Positions 39,970 to 51,964 of a stretch of 64,000 nucleotides of DNA are shown here, piece by piece. Source of the DNA: Balanoglossus misakiensis (Eukaryota > Animalia > Hemichordata); contig CM082587.2 of NCBI GenBank assembly GCA_040954595.2, positions 10,297,403 to 10,361,402 on the forward strand, in the 5' to 3' direction. The notes beneath the pieces are model-generated. The model saw nothing but the letters and a program-made list of their open reading frames with translations. It made no database searches and had not been told where the DNA came from. How positions within the stretch are numbered: position 1 is the stretch's first letter; each line of letters begins with the position of its first letter. The position numbers and the translations under genes are program-made.

Positions 39970-40907
39970 GAATTTTTCCTTTTTCTTAACTTTTGCATTA
40001 AACAGTCTTCCTTTTTGTCGTCGTAAACGTCCATTTTTAATTATATTTTTTTTCTCCAAATTCTCTAATTCCATGATCATATATTTTTGTTGAACATAAC
40101 TTCATAAACCGTTCTCTCCTGTATAGGTCTAAGCTATAGGCGCTCGATGGACAACATACAAATTACCAGGTCGGGCTCGGAGTGAGTAGTGTCCAGCTTA
40201 CGTTGAGTTCATAGTCGCAGAAACTCCAGCGGCTTTCAATTTTTGGTTTTTAAGTCCAATTTGGTGTATGATGTAAATATATATCATTGGGACCTTATGG
40301 GGTCAGTTACATCTGTATGTCATAAACGTCATTTTTTAAAAAAAAAAATCATCTTTCAAGTGTTTTGCATAACATGCCAAGACAAACCCGTTCCCTCCAA
40401 TATAAGATAGGGACGGTAATTAATTGCAATAGGGGGCTAATAAACAGAGGATGGTCTAAAAGATATCGTTGGTGGTGCTATCCCGGACAGCCAGGGTCAC
40501 GATGGGGTCACGTACGTCTATGATACCGCAAACAAGTCAACTCCACGCTAAATTCAACCTGTCCGCCGGACTGGTAACTTTTTTACTATCAGTCTGATGG
40601 AAAAACAACCAGTCTCGGACTGTCGGACAGGCGTTATTTGGAATAGTGTGTCTTGCATAACATACCAATATAGGCCTTAGATAGGGACGGTCGATCGGCC
40701 ACACAAATTATCAGGTCATTATTTCTCCACTTTAATATGGTCACTTTTTGTAGGATATAACAAGACAAAACCGCTCTCTCCCATATAAATTATATGGTCA
40801 ATCAGCTGGCCACGCACACAATTATCGTGCCGCGTGCTCTGTGTGTACGCCTATGTGTTAGTGAAGCTTACGTTTGCTTAATAATTGTAGAAATTCAAGC
40901 AGTGTTT

Positions 40908-41027
40908 GCCTACGGCCATACCACGTCGAATACACCGGTTCTCGTCCGATCACCGAAGTTAAGCTGCGTTGGGCGTGGTTAGTACTTGGATGGGTGACCG
41001 CCTGGGAATACCACGTGCCGTAGGCTT
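40908..41027 (+). rRNA. 5S rRNA (consensus)
   Basis: 120-nt copy. Confidence 0.96.
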
Positions 41028-41964
41028 GAATTTTTCCTTTTTCTTAACTTTTGCATTAAACAGTCTTCCTTTTTGTCGTCGTAAACGTCCATTTTTAATT
41101 ATATTTTTTTTCTCCAAATTCTCTAATTCCATGATCATATATTTTTGTTGAACATAACTTCATAAACCGTTCTCTCCTGTATAGGTCTAAGCTATAGGCG
41201 CTCGATGGACAACATACAAATTACCAGGTCGGGCTCGGAGTGAGTAGTGTCCAGCTTACGTTGAGTTCATAGTCGCAGAAACTCCAGCGGCTTTCAATTT
41301 TTGGTTTTTAAGTCCAATTTGGTGTATGATGTAAATATATATCATTGGGACCTGATGGGGTCGGTTACATCTGTATGTCATAAACGTCATTTTTTTAAAA
41401 AAAATTCATCTTTCAAGTGTTTTGCATAACATGCCAAGACAAACCCGTTCCCTCCAATATAAGATAGGGACGGTAATTAATTGCAATAGGGGGCTAATAA
41501 ACAGAGGATGGTCTAAAAGATATCGTTGGTGGTGCTATCCCGGACAGCCAGGGTCACGATGGGGTCACGTACGTCTATGATACCGCAAACAAGTCAACTC
41601 CACGCTAAATTCAACCTGTCCGCCGGACTGGTAACTTTTTTACTATCAGTCTGATGGAAAAACAACCAGTCTCGGACTGTCGGACAGGCGTTATTTCGAA
41701 TAGTGTGTCTTGCATAACATACCAATATAGGCCTTAGATAGGGACGGTCGATCGGCCACACAAATTATCAGGTCATTATTTCTCCACTTTAATATGGTCA
41801 CTTTTTGTAGGATATAACAAGACAAAACCGCTCTCTCCCATAAAAATTATATGGTCAATCAGCTGGCCACGCACACAATTATCGTGCCGCGTGCTCTGTG
41901 TGTACGCCTATGTGTTAGTGAAGCTTCCGTTTGCTTAATAATTGTAGAAATTCAAGCAGTGTTT

Positions 41965-42084
41965 GCCTACGGCCATACCACGTCGAATACACCGGTTCTC
42001 GTCCGATCACCGAAGTTAAGCTGCGTTGGGCGTGGTTAGTACTTGGATGGGTGACCGCCTGGGAATACCACGTGCCGTAGGCTT
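41965..42084 (+). rRNA. 5S rRNA (consensus)
   Basis: 120-nt copy. Confidence 0.96.
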
Positions 42085-43023
42085 GAATTTTTCCTTTTTC
42101 TTAACTTTTGCATTAAACAGTCTTCCTTTTTGTCGTCGTAAACGTCCATTTTTAATTATATTTTTTTTCGTCCAAATTCTCTAATTCCATGATCATATAT
42201 TTTTGTTGAACATAACTTCATAAACCGTTCTCTCCTGTATAGGTCTAAGCTATAGGCGCTCGATGGACAACATACAAATTACCAGGTCGGGCTCGGAGTG
42301 AGTAGTGTCCAGCTTACGTTGAGTTCATGGTCGCAGAAACTCCAGCGGCTTTCAATTTTTGGTTTTTAAGTCCAATTTGGTGTATGATGTAAATATATAT
42401 CATTGGGACCTTATGGGGTCGGTTACATCTGTATGTCATAAACGCCATTTTTTTTTTTAAAAATTCATCTTTCAAGTGTTTTGCATAACATGCCAAAACA
42501 AACCCGTTCCCTCCAATATAAGATAGGGACGGTAATTAATTGCAATAGGGGGCTAATAAACAGAGGATGGTCTAAAAGATATCGTTGGTGGTGCTATCCC
42601 GGACAGCCAGGGTCACGATGGGGTCACGTACGTCTATGATACCGCAAACAAGTCAACTCCACGCTAAATTCAACCTGTCCGCCGGACTGGTAACTTTTTT
42701 ACTATCAGTCTGATGGAAAAACAACCAGTCTCGGACTGTCGGACAGGCGTTATTTCGAATAGTGTGTCTTGCATAACATACCAATATAGGCCTTAGATAG
42801 GGACAGTCGATCGGCCACACAAATTATCAGGTCATTATTTCTCCACTTTAATATGGTCACTTTTTGTAGGATATAACAAGACAAAACCGCTCTCTCCCAT
42901 ATAAATTATATGGTCAATCAGCTGGCCACGCACACAATTATCGTGCCGCGTGCTCTGTGTGTACGCCTATGTGTTAGTGAAGCTTCCGTTTGCTTAATAA
43001 TTGTAGAAATTCAAGCAGTGTTT

Positions 43024-43143
43024 GCCTACGGCCATACCACGTCGAATACACCGGTTCTCGTCCGATCACCGAAGTTAAGGTGCGTTGGGCGCGGTTAGTA
43101 CTTGGATGGGTGACCGCCTGGGAATACCACGTGCCGTAGCCTT
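43024..43143 (+). rRNA. 5S rRNA (C57G, T69C, G117C)
   Basis: 120-nt copy. Confidence 0.92.
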
Positions 43144-44081
43144 GAATTTTTCCTTTTTCTTAACTTTTGCATTAAACAGTCTTCCTTTTTGTCGTCGTAA
43201 ACGTCCATTTTTAATTATATTTTTTTTCTCCAAATTCTCTAATTCCATGATCATATATATTTGTTGAACATAACTTCATAAACCGTTCTCTCCTGTATAG
43301 GTCTAAGCTATAGGCGCTCGATGGACAACATACAAATTACCAGGTCGGGCTCGGAGTGAGTAGTGTCCAGCTTACGTTGAGTTCATAGTCGCAGAAACTC
43401 CAGCGGCTTTCAATTTTTGGTTTTTAAGTCCAATTTGGTGTATGATGTAAATATATATCATTGGGACCTTATGGGGTCAGTTACATCTGTATGTCATAAA
43501 CGTCATTTTTTAAAAAAAAAAATCATCTTTCAAGTGTTTTGCATAACATGCCAAGACAAACCCGTTCCCTCCAATATAAGATAGGGACGGTAATTAATTG
43601 CAATAGGGGGCTAATAAACAGAGGATGGTCTAAAAGATATCGTTGGTGGTGCTATCCCGGACAGCCAGGGTCACGATGGGGTCACGTACGTCTATGATAC
43701 CGCAAACAAGTCAACTCCACGCTAAATTCAACCTGTCCGCCGGACTGGTAACTTTTTTACTATCAGTCTGATGGAAAAACAACCAGTCTCGGACTGTCGG
43801 ACAGGCGTTATTTCGAATAGTGTGTCTTGCATAACATACCAATATAGGCCTTAGATAGGGACGGTCGATCGGCCACACAAATTATCAGGTCATTATTTCT
43901 CCACTTTAATATGGTCACTTTTTGTAGGATATAACAAGACAAAACCGCTCTCTCCCATATAAATTATATGGTCAATCAGCTGGCCACGCACACAATTATC
44001 GTGCCGCGTGCTCTGTGTGTACGCCTATGTGTTAGTGAAGCTTACGTTTGCTTAATAATTGTAGAAATTCAAGCAGTGTTT

Positions 44082-44201
44082 GCCTACGGCCATACCACGT
44101 CGAATACACCGGTTCTCGTCCGATCACCGAAGTTAAGCTGCGTTGGGCGTGGTTAGTACTTGGATGGGTGACCGCCTGGGAATACCACGTGCCGTAGGCT
44201 T
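44082..44201 (+). rRNA. 5S rRNA (consensus)
   Basis: 120-nt copy. Confidence 0.96.
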
Positions 44202-45053
44202 GAATTTTTCCTTTTTCTTAACTTTTGCATTAAACAGTCTTCCTTTTTGTCGTCGTAAACGTCCATTTTTAATTATATTTTTTTTCTCCAAATTCTCTAA
44301 TTCCATGATCATATATTTTTGTTGAACATAACTTCATAAACCGTTCTCTCCTGTATAGGTCTAAGCTATAGGCGCTCGATGGACAACATACAAATTACCA
44401 GGTCGGGCTCGGAGTGAGTAGTGTCCAGCTTACGTTGAGTTCATAGTCGCAGAAACTCCAGCGGCTTTCAATTTTTGGTTTTTAAGTCCAATTTGGTGTA
44501 TGATGTAAATATATATCATTGGGACCTGATGGGGTCGGTTACATCTGTATGTCATAAACGTCATTTTTTTAAAAAAAATTCATCTTTCAAGTGTTTTGCA
44601 TAACATGCCAAGACAAACCCGTTCCCTCCAATATAAGATAGGAACGGTAATTAATTGCAATAGGGGGCTAATAAACAGAGGATGGTCTAAAAGATATCGT
44701 TGGTGGTGCTATCCCGGACAGCCAGGGTCACGATGGGGTCACGTACGTCTATGATACCGCAAACAAGTCAACTCCACGCTAAATTCAACCTGTGTGTCTT
44801 GCATAACATACCAATATAGGCCTTAGATAGGGACGGTCGATCGGCCACACAAATTATCAGGTCATTATTTCTCCACTTTAATATGGTCACTTTTTGTAGG
44901 ATATAACAAGACAAAACCGCTCTCTCCCATAAAAATTATATGGTCAATCAGCTGGCCACGCACACAATTATCGTGCCGCGTGCTCTGTGTGTACGCCTAT
45001 GTGTTAGTGAAGCTTCCGTTTGCTTAATAATTGTAGAAATTCAAGCAGTGTTT

Positions 45054-45173
45054 GCCTACGGCCATACCACGTCGAATACACCGGTTCTCGTCCGATCACC
45101 GAAGTTAAGCTGCGTTGGGCGTGGTTAGTACTTGGATGGGTGACCGCCTGGGAATACCACGTGCCGTAGGCTT
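45054..45173 (+). rRNA. 5S rRNA (consensus)
   Basis: 120-nt copy. Confidence 0.96.
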
Positions 45174-46112
45174 GAATTTTTCCTTTTTCTTAACTTTTGC
45201 ATTAAACAGTCTTCCTTTTTGTCGTCGTAAACGTCCATTTTTAATTATATTTTTTTTCGTCCAAATTCTCTAATTCCATGATCATATATTTTTGTTGAAC
45301 ATAACTTCATAAACCGTTCTCTCCTGTATAGGTCTAAGCTATAGGCGCTCGATGGACAACATACAAATTACCAGGTCGGGCTCGGAGTGAGTAGTGTCCA
45401 GCTTACGTTGAGTTCATGGTCGCAGAAACTCCAGCGGCTTTCAATTTTTGGTTTTTAAGTCCAATTTGGTGTATGATGTAAATATATATCATTGGGACCT
45501 TATGGGGTCGGTTACATCTGTATGTCATAAACGCCATTTTTTTTTTTAAAAATTCATCTTTCAAGTGTTTTGCATAACATGCCAAAACAAACCCGTTCCC
45601 TCCAATATAAGATAGGGACGGTAATTAATTGCAATAGGGGGCTAATAAACAGAGGATGGTCTAAAAGATATCGTTGGTGGTGCTATCCCGGACAGCCAGG
45701 GTCACGATGGGGTCACGTACGTCTATGATACCGCAAACAAGTCAACTCCACGCTAAATTCAACCTGTCCGCCGGACTGGTAACTTTTTTACTATCAGTCT
45801 GATGGAAAAACAACCAGTCTCGGACTGTCGGACAGGCGTTATTTCGAATAGTGTGTCTTGCATAACATACCAATATAGGCCTTAGATAGGGACAGTCGAT
45901 CGGCCACACAAATTATCAGGTCATTATTTCTCCACTTTAATATGGTCACTTTTTGTAGGATATAACAAGACAAAACCGCTCTCTCCCATATAAATTATAT
46001 GGTCAATCAGCTGGCCACGCACACAATTATCGTGCCGCGTGCTCTGTGTGTACGCCTATGTGTTAGTGAAGCTTCCGTTTGCTTAATAATTGTAGAAATT
46101 CAAGCAGTGTTT

Positions 46113-46232
46113 GCCTACGGCCATACCACGTCGAATACACCGGTTCTCGTCCGATCACCGAAGTTAAGGTGCGTTGGGCGCGGTTAGTACTTGGATGGGT
46201 GACCGCCTGGGAATACCACGTGCCGTAGCCTT
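46113..46232 (+). rRNA. 5S rRNA (C57G, T69C, G117C)
   Basis: 120-nt copy. Confidence 0.92.
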
Positions 46233-47170
46233 GAATTTTTCCTTTTTCTTAACTTTTGCATTAAACAGTCTTCCTTTTTGTCGTCGTAAACGTCCATTTT
46301 TAATTATATTTTTTTTCTCCAAATTCTCTAATTCCATGATCATATATATTTGTTGAACATAACTTCATAAACCGTTCTCTCCTGTATAGGTCTAAGCTAT
46401 AGGCGCTCGATGGACAACATACAAATTACCAGGTCGGGCTCGGAGTGAGTAGTGTCCAGCTTACGTTGAGTTCATAGTCGCAGAAACTCCAGCGGCTTTC
46501 AATTTTTGGTTTTTAAGTCCAATTTGGTGTATGATGTAAATATATATCATTGGGACCTTATGGGGTCAGTTACATCTGTATGTCATAAACGTCATTTTTT
46601 AAAAAAAAAAATCATCTTTCAAGTGTTTTGCATAACATGCCAAGACAAACCCGTTCCCTCCAATATAAGATAGGGACGGTAATTAATTGCAATAGGGGGC
46701 TAATAAACAGAGGATGGTCTAAAAGATATCGTTGGTGGTGCTATCCCGGACAGCCAGGGTCACGATGGGGTCACGTACGTCTATGATACCGCAAACAAGT
46801 CAACTCCACGCTAAATTCAACCTGTCCGCCGGACTGGTAACTTTTTTACTATCAGTCTGATGGAAAAACAACCAGTCTCGGACTGTCGGACAGGCGTTAT
46901 TTCGAATAGTGTGTCTTGCATAACATACCAATATAGGCCTTAGATAGGGACGGTCGATCGGCCACACAAATTATCAGGTCATTATTTCTCCACTTTAATA
47001 TGGTCACTTTTTGTAGGATATAACAAGACAAAACCGCTCTCTCCCATATAAATTATATGGTCAATCAGCTGGCCACGCACACAATTATCGTGCCGCGTGC
47101 TCTGTGTGTACGCCTATGTGTTAGTGAAGCTTACGTTTGCTTAATAATTGTAGAAATTCAAGCAGTGTTT

Positions 47171-47290
47171 GCCTACGGCCATACCACGTCGAATACACCG
47201 GTTCTCGTCCGATCACCGAAGTTAAGCTGCGTTGGGCGTGGTTAGTACTTGGATGGGTGACCGCCTGGGAATACCACGTGCCGTAGGCTT
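47171..47290 (+). rRNA. 5S rRNA (consensus)
   Basis: 120-nt copy. Confidence 0.96.
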
Positions 47291-48227
47291 GAATTTTTCC
47301 TTTTTCTTAACTTTTGCATTAAACAGTCTTCCTTTTTGTCGTCGTAAACGTCCATTTTTAATTATATTTTTTTTCTCCAAATTCTCTAATTCCATGATCA
47401 TATATTTTTGTTGAACATAACTTCATAAACCGTTCTCTCCTGTATAGGTCTAAGCTATAGGCGCTCGATGGACAACATACAAATTACCAGGTCGGGCTCG
47501 GAGTGAGTAGTGTCCAGCTTACGTTGAGTTCATAGTCGCAGAAACTCCAGCGGCTTTCAATTTTTGGTTTTTAAGTCCAATTTGGTGTATGATGTAAATA
47601 TATATCATTGGGACCTGATGGGGTCGGTTACATCTGTATGTCATAAACGTCATTTTTTTAAAAAAAATTCATCTTTCAAGTGTTTTGCATAACATGCCAA
47701 GACAAACCCGTTCCCTCCAATATAAGATAGGGACGGTAATTAATTGCAATAGGGGGCTAATAAACAGAGGATGGTCTAAAAGATATCGTTGGTGGTGCTA
47801 TCCCGGACAGCCAGGGTCACGATGGGGTCACGTACGTCTATGATACCGCAAACAAGTCAACTCCACGCTAAATTCAACCTGTCCGCCGGACTGGTAACTT
47901 TTTTACTATCAGTCTGATGGAAAAACAACCAGTCTCGGACTGTCGGACAGGCGTTATTTCGAATAGTGTGTCTTGCATAACATACCAATATAGGCCTTAG
48001 ATAGGGACGGTCGATCGGCCACACAAATTATCAGGTCATTATTTCTCCACTTTAATATGGTCACTTTTTGTAGGATATAACAAGACAAAACCGCTCTCTC
48101 CCATAAAAATTATATGGTCAATCAGCTGGCCACGCACACAATTATCGTGCCGCGTGCTCTGTGTGTACGCCTATGTGTTAGTGAAGCTTCCGTTTGCTTA
48201 ATAATTGTAGAAATTCAAGCAGTGTTT

Positions 48228-48347
48228 GCCTACGGCCATACCACGTCGAATACACCGGTTCTCGTCCGATCACCGAAGTTAAGCTGCGTTGGGCGTGGTT
48301 AGTACTTGGATGGGTGACCGCCTGGGAATACCACGTGCCGTAGGCTT
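48228..48347 (+). rRNA. 5S rRNA (consensus)
   Basis: 120-nt copy. Confidence 0.96.
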
Positions 48348-49286
48348 GAATTTTTCCTTTTTCTTAACTTTTGCATTAAACAGTCTTCCTTTTTGTCGTC
48401 GTAAACGTCCATTTTTAATTATATTTTTTTTCGTCCAAATTCTCTAATTCCATGATCATATATTTTTGTTGAACATAACTTCATAAACCGTTCTCTCCTG
48501 TATAGGTCTAAGCTATAGGCGCTCGATGGACAACATACAAATTACCAGGTCGGGCTCGGAGTGAGTAGTGTCCAGCTTACGTTGAGTTCATAGTCGCAGA
48601 AACTCCAGCGGCTTTCAATTTTTGGTTTTTAAGTCCAATTTGGTGTATGATGTAAATATATATCATTGGGACCTTATGGGGTCGGTTACATCTGTATGTC
48701 ATAAACGCCATTTTTTTTTTTAAAAATTCATCTTTCAAGTGTTTTGCATAACATGCCAAAACAAACCCGTTCCCTCCAATATAAGATAGGGACGGTAATT
48801 AATTGCAATAGGGGGCTAATAAACAGAGGATGGTCTAAAAGATATCGTTGGTGGTGCTATCCCGGACAGCCAGGGTCACGATGGGGTCACGTACGTCTAT
48901 GATACCGCAAACAAGTCAACTCCACGCTAAATTCAACCTGTCCGCCGGACTGGTAACTTTTTTACTATCAGTCTGATGGAAAAACAACCAGTCTCGGACT
49001 GTCGGACAGGCGTTATTTCGAATAGTGTGTCTTGCATAACATACCAATATAGGCCTTAGATAGGGACAGTCGATCGGCCACACAAATTATCAGGTCATTA
49101 TTTCTCCACTTTAATATGGTCACTTTTTGTAGGATATAACAAGACAAAACCGCTCTCTCCCATATAAATTATATGGTCAATCAGCTGGCCACGCACACAA
49201 TTATCGTGCCGCGTGCTCTGTGTGTACGCCTATGTGTTAGTGAAGCTTCCGTTTGCTTAATAATTGTAGAAATTCACGCAGTGTTT

Positions 49287-49406
49287 GCCTACGGCCATAC
49301 CACGTCGAATACACCGGTTCTCGTCCGATCACCGAAGTTAAGGTGCGTTGGGCGTGGTTAGTACTTGGATGGGTGACCGCCTGGGAATACCACGTGCCGT
49401 AGCCTT
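49287..49406 (+). rRNA. 5S rRNA (C57G, G117C)
   Basis: 120-nt copy; last gene of the array. Confidence 0.92.
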
Positions 49407-50188
49407 GAATTTTTCCTTTTTCTTAACTTTTGCATTAAACAGTCTTCCTTTTTGTCGTCGTAAACGTCCATTTTTAATTATATTTTTTTTCTCCAAATTC
49501 TCTAATTCCATGATCATATATATTTGTTGAACATAACTTCATAAACCGTTCTCTCCTGTATAGGTCTAAACTATAGGCGCTCGATGGACAACATACAAAT
49601 TACCAGGTCGGGCTCGGAGTGAGTAGTGTCCAGCTTACGTTGAGTTCATAGTCGCAGAAACTCCAGCGGCTTTCAATTTTTGGTTTTTAAGTCCAATTTG
49701 GTGTATGATGTAAATATATATCATTGGGACCTTATGGGGTCGGTTACATCTGTATGTCATAAACGTCATTTTTTTTTAAAAAAATTCATCTTTCAAGTGT
49801 TTTGCATAACATGCCAAGACAAACCCGTTCCCTCCAATATAAGATAGGGACGGTAATTAATTGCAATAGGGGGCTAATAAACAGAGGATGGTCTAAAAGA
49901 TATGACTGTTATATTCGTTTTCCAACGATGATGAATTTACATGTTATTTGCTTGGCATTTTGACGCAGAGACACTTCTGAAAACCCAAACCTATTAATTA
50001 TGTCACGGGTGTAAATTGATCACATTAAAAGAGGCTTTAGACGTTTGCCGCGAGCTCCTGGTGGGCAGCATCTTGTCAGCCCAAATTTGACTAGTACATA
50101 GCCAATTATATGACGCTCTCCCACATCATTCGCCGCGCCTTTTCGCTGATTTACGGCATCTTGCGTAAACACTGTCATTTGATCTTGC

Positions 50189-50578
50189 TTGGCAGAAGTC
50201 AACTTGCTCTATACTTCGGCCAAGCTCAACGGCATCTCAGCTAACGCCAAGGAGCGTTTGAGCGGCATCCTCGCCAGAAGGAGTCGCGTTTCCGGCGACT
50301 GTGTGCTCTGGACGGGTGCAGCTTGTCGTAACGGCTATGGCTCAATTACGTTCAAAGATGAGAACACTCTAACCGCCTATGTCCAGCACATTGCACTCCT
50401 AATTAACGGGGTGCAATTGGTGGGCAGGCAGTTGGAGTGTTCTCATCTTTGCAACGAAAAGCTATGCATCCGCCCAGAGCAAATTGTCCAGGAAATGCGA
50501 CCCCAAAACATTTCACGAAAGACGTGCTTTCGCTCCCCAAAAGGGGAGTGTCAACACGAACCCAGGTGCCTAAGGTGA
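50189..50578 (+). CDS. His-Cys box / His-Me finger (I-PpoI-like, zf-His_Me_endon) endonuclease, probably decayed (TTG start, one Zn-ligand His replaced by Gln)
   Basis: C-x2-WTG...NGYG...SHLC-x4-C-x2-P-x-[Q]-x3-E-x4-N-x2-R-x2-C-x7-C-x-H-x3-CLR; spacing follows the I-PpoI His-Cys box. Confidence 0.85.
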   Translation: MAEVNLLYTSAKLNGISANAKERLSGILARRSRVSGDCVLWTGAACRNGYGSITFKDENTLTAYVQHIALLINGVQLVGRQLECSHLCNEKLCIRPEQIVQEMRPQNISRKTCFRSPKGECQHEPRCLR

Positions 50579-51398
50579 GTAATCATCTTCTCATTTGATA
50601 TGTATTGTGTGACCCTGCAGTTGAAACGCTTTCATCAATAATTTGCGGCGCGTGGGTAATCTCGGTGTTATTGACAATGCAGCCGGCCCAAACATTTTAA
50701 AATTAACACTGTTTCTGACTGTATTAACGAAATGTCCAATTTGAAAGTAGCCTATAGACAACCCTTTTGAATGAGTTTTGTCTCGTTGAGATTTTATTCA
50801 TAAGGAACAATCTAGATTTATTTTAGAAGACACTGTTCTTTTAAAACAGCTGGCATAATACAGCTGTGAAGAGATCACCACTGAGGGTTGGAAGGCCTTG
50901 CCAGAAATTAACGCGTAAAGTACGCCCTCACAGGCCATGTAAACAGGGGGGGGGGTCAAATAAGGCCGTCTGGCAAACGAATGATTAATTCAACGCGCCA
51001 TGTGAGCTGAGCTGAGTTGGTCTGAGTTGCGTATCACACAGACTTAGGCTGAATTTCAGTGGAGTAACCAGTCCGTTTTAGATTTACCAATGATGTCAAT
51101 TTCATTTCTTCACCCAGAAAAACAGTACACAACTTGTCTGCAACATGATGCTGACACATATGCCAGAGAAGTGGATCTGCGTTGTCAACACAGATGCCAG
51201 CATTCAAAAGGGGAGTGCCACCTCCTGAAATCAACTCATCTGCTGTGGGCCTGTTTATCTGTGGCAACTGTTCAGAGGAGACAACGTTTATTCCCAGCAA
51301 GCCACCACGCAATATTGTGGTCTACCTGTCAACACAGATGCCATCATTCATGTGAGTGAGAACCATGCTAAAATCTGAGTACTTTCTTCAATTTCAAG

Positions 51399-51766
51399 AC
51401 ATACATACATACATACATACATACATACATACATACATACATACATACATACATACATACATACATACATACATACATACATACATACATACATACATAC
51501 ATACATACATACATACATACATACATACATACATACATACATACATACATACATACATACATACATACATACATACATACATACATACATACATACATAC
51601 ATACATACATACATACATACATACATACATACATACATACATACATACATACATACATACATACATACATACATACATACATACATACATACATACATAC
51701 ATACATACATACATACATACATACATACATACATACATACATACATACATACATACATACATACAT
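51399..51766 (+). repeat. (ACAT)n microsatellite, ~92 units
   Basis: Perfect tetranucleotide run. Confidence 0.99.
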
Positions 51767-51878
51767 GTTTCAATCAAGTACTTGTCTTGTGGTGGGATTC
51801 AGTTGACGGTAATAGAAGCGCGGATTTCATGACATTAATAGTCTTTTGTACATGTCTTAAATGACCCTCTCGCCTGCA

Positions 51879-51964
51879 TCAGAGAGAGAGAGTGGGGTGA
51901 GGGAGGGAGGGAGGGAGGGAGGGAGGGAGGGAGAGAGAGAGAGGGGGGGGAGAGAGAGAGAGAG
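51879..51964 (+). repeat. (GA)n/(GGGA)n polypurine tract
   Basis: Directly visible. Confidence 0.9.

Larger units (their letters stand above)
1..49903. repeat. 5S rDNA tandem array, 43 copies in 5 orientation blocks: + 1-15280, - 15281-30746, + 31086-33473, - 33472-35564, + 35569-49903
   Basis: Near-identical units of ~1310 bp (long), ~1160 bp (truncated 5S) or ~1060 bp (short spacer), each with a 5S sequence followed by GAATTTTTCCTTTTT; ends mid-spacer at ...GGTCTAAAAGATAT. Confidence 0.98.

Noticed and set aside
216-49530. The many 60-122 aa ORFs in the array
   Set aside because: They overlap 5S genes or spacers on either strand, open and close with homopolymer length changes, and show no protein motifs.
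1-49903. CRISPR-like array
   Set aside because: Spacers are not unique; these are kb-scale eukaryotic tandem units.
51145-51350. Polinton/adenain protease remnant (ICVVNTDASIQKG...QYCGL)
   Set aside because: The catalytic HW is missing, a stop intervenes, and the spacing is too short.
49904-51398. Group I intron or complete transposon around the nuclease ORF
   Set aside because: No 18S/28S flanks, no recognisable P7 core, and no TIR, TSD, long direct repeat or transposase seen.
51348-51832. MYVC/HTYI repeat ORFs
   Set aside because: Translations of the (ACAT)n microsatellite.
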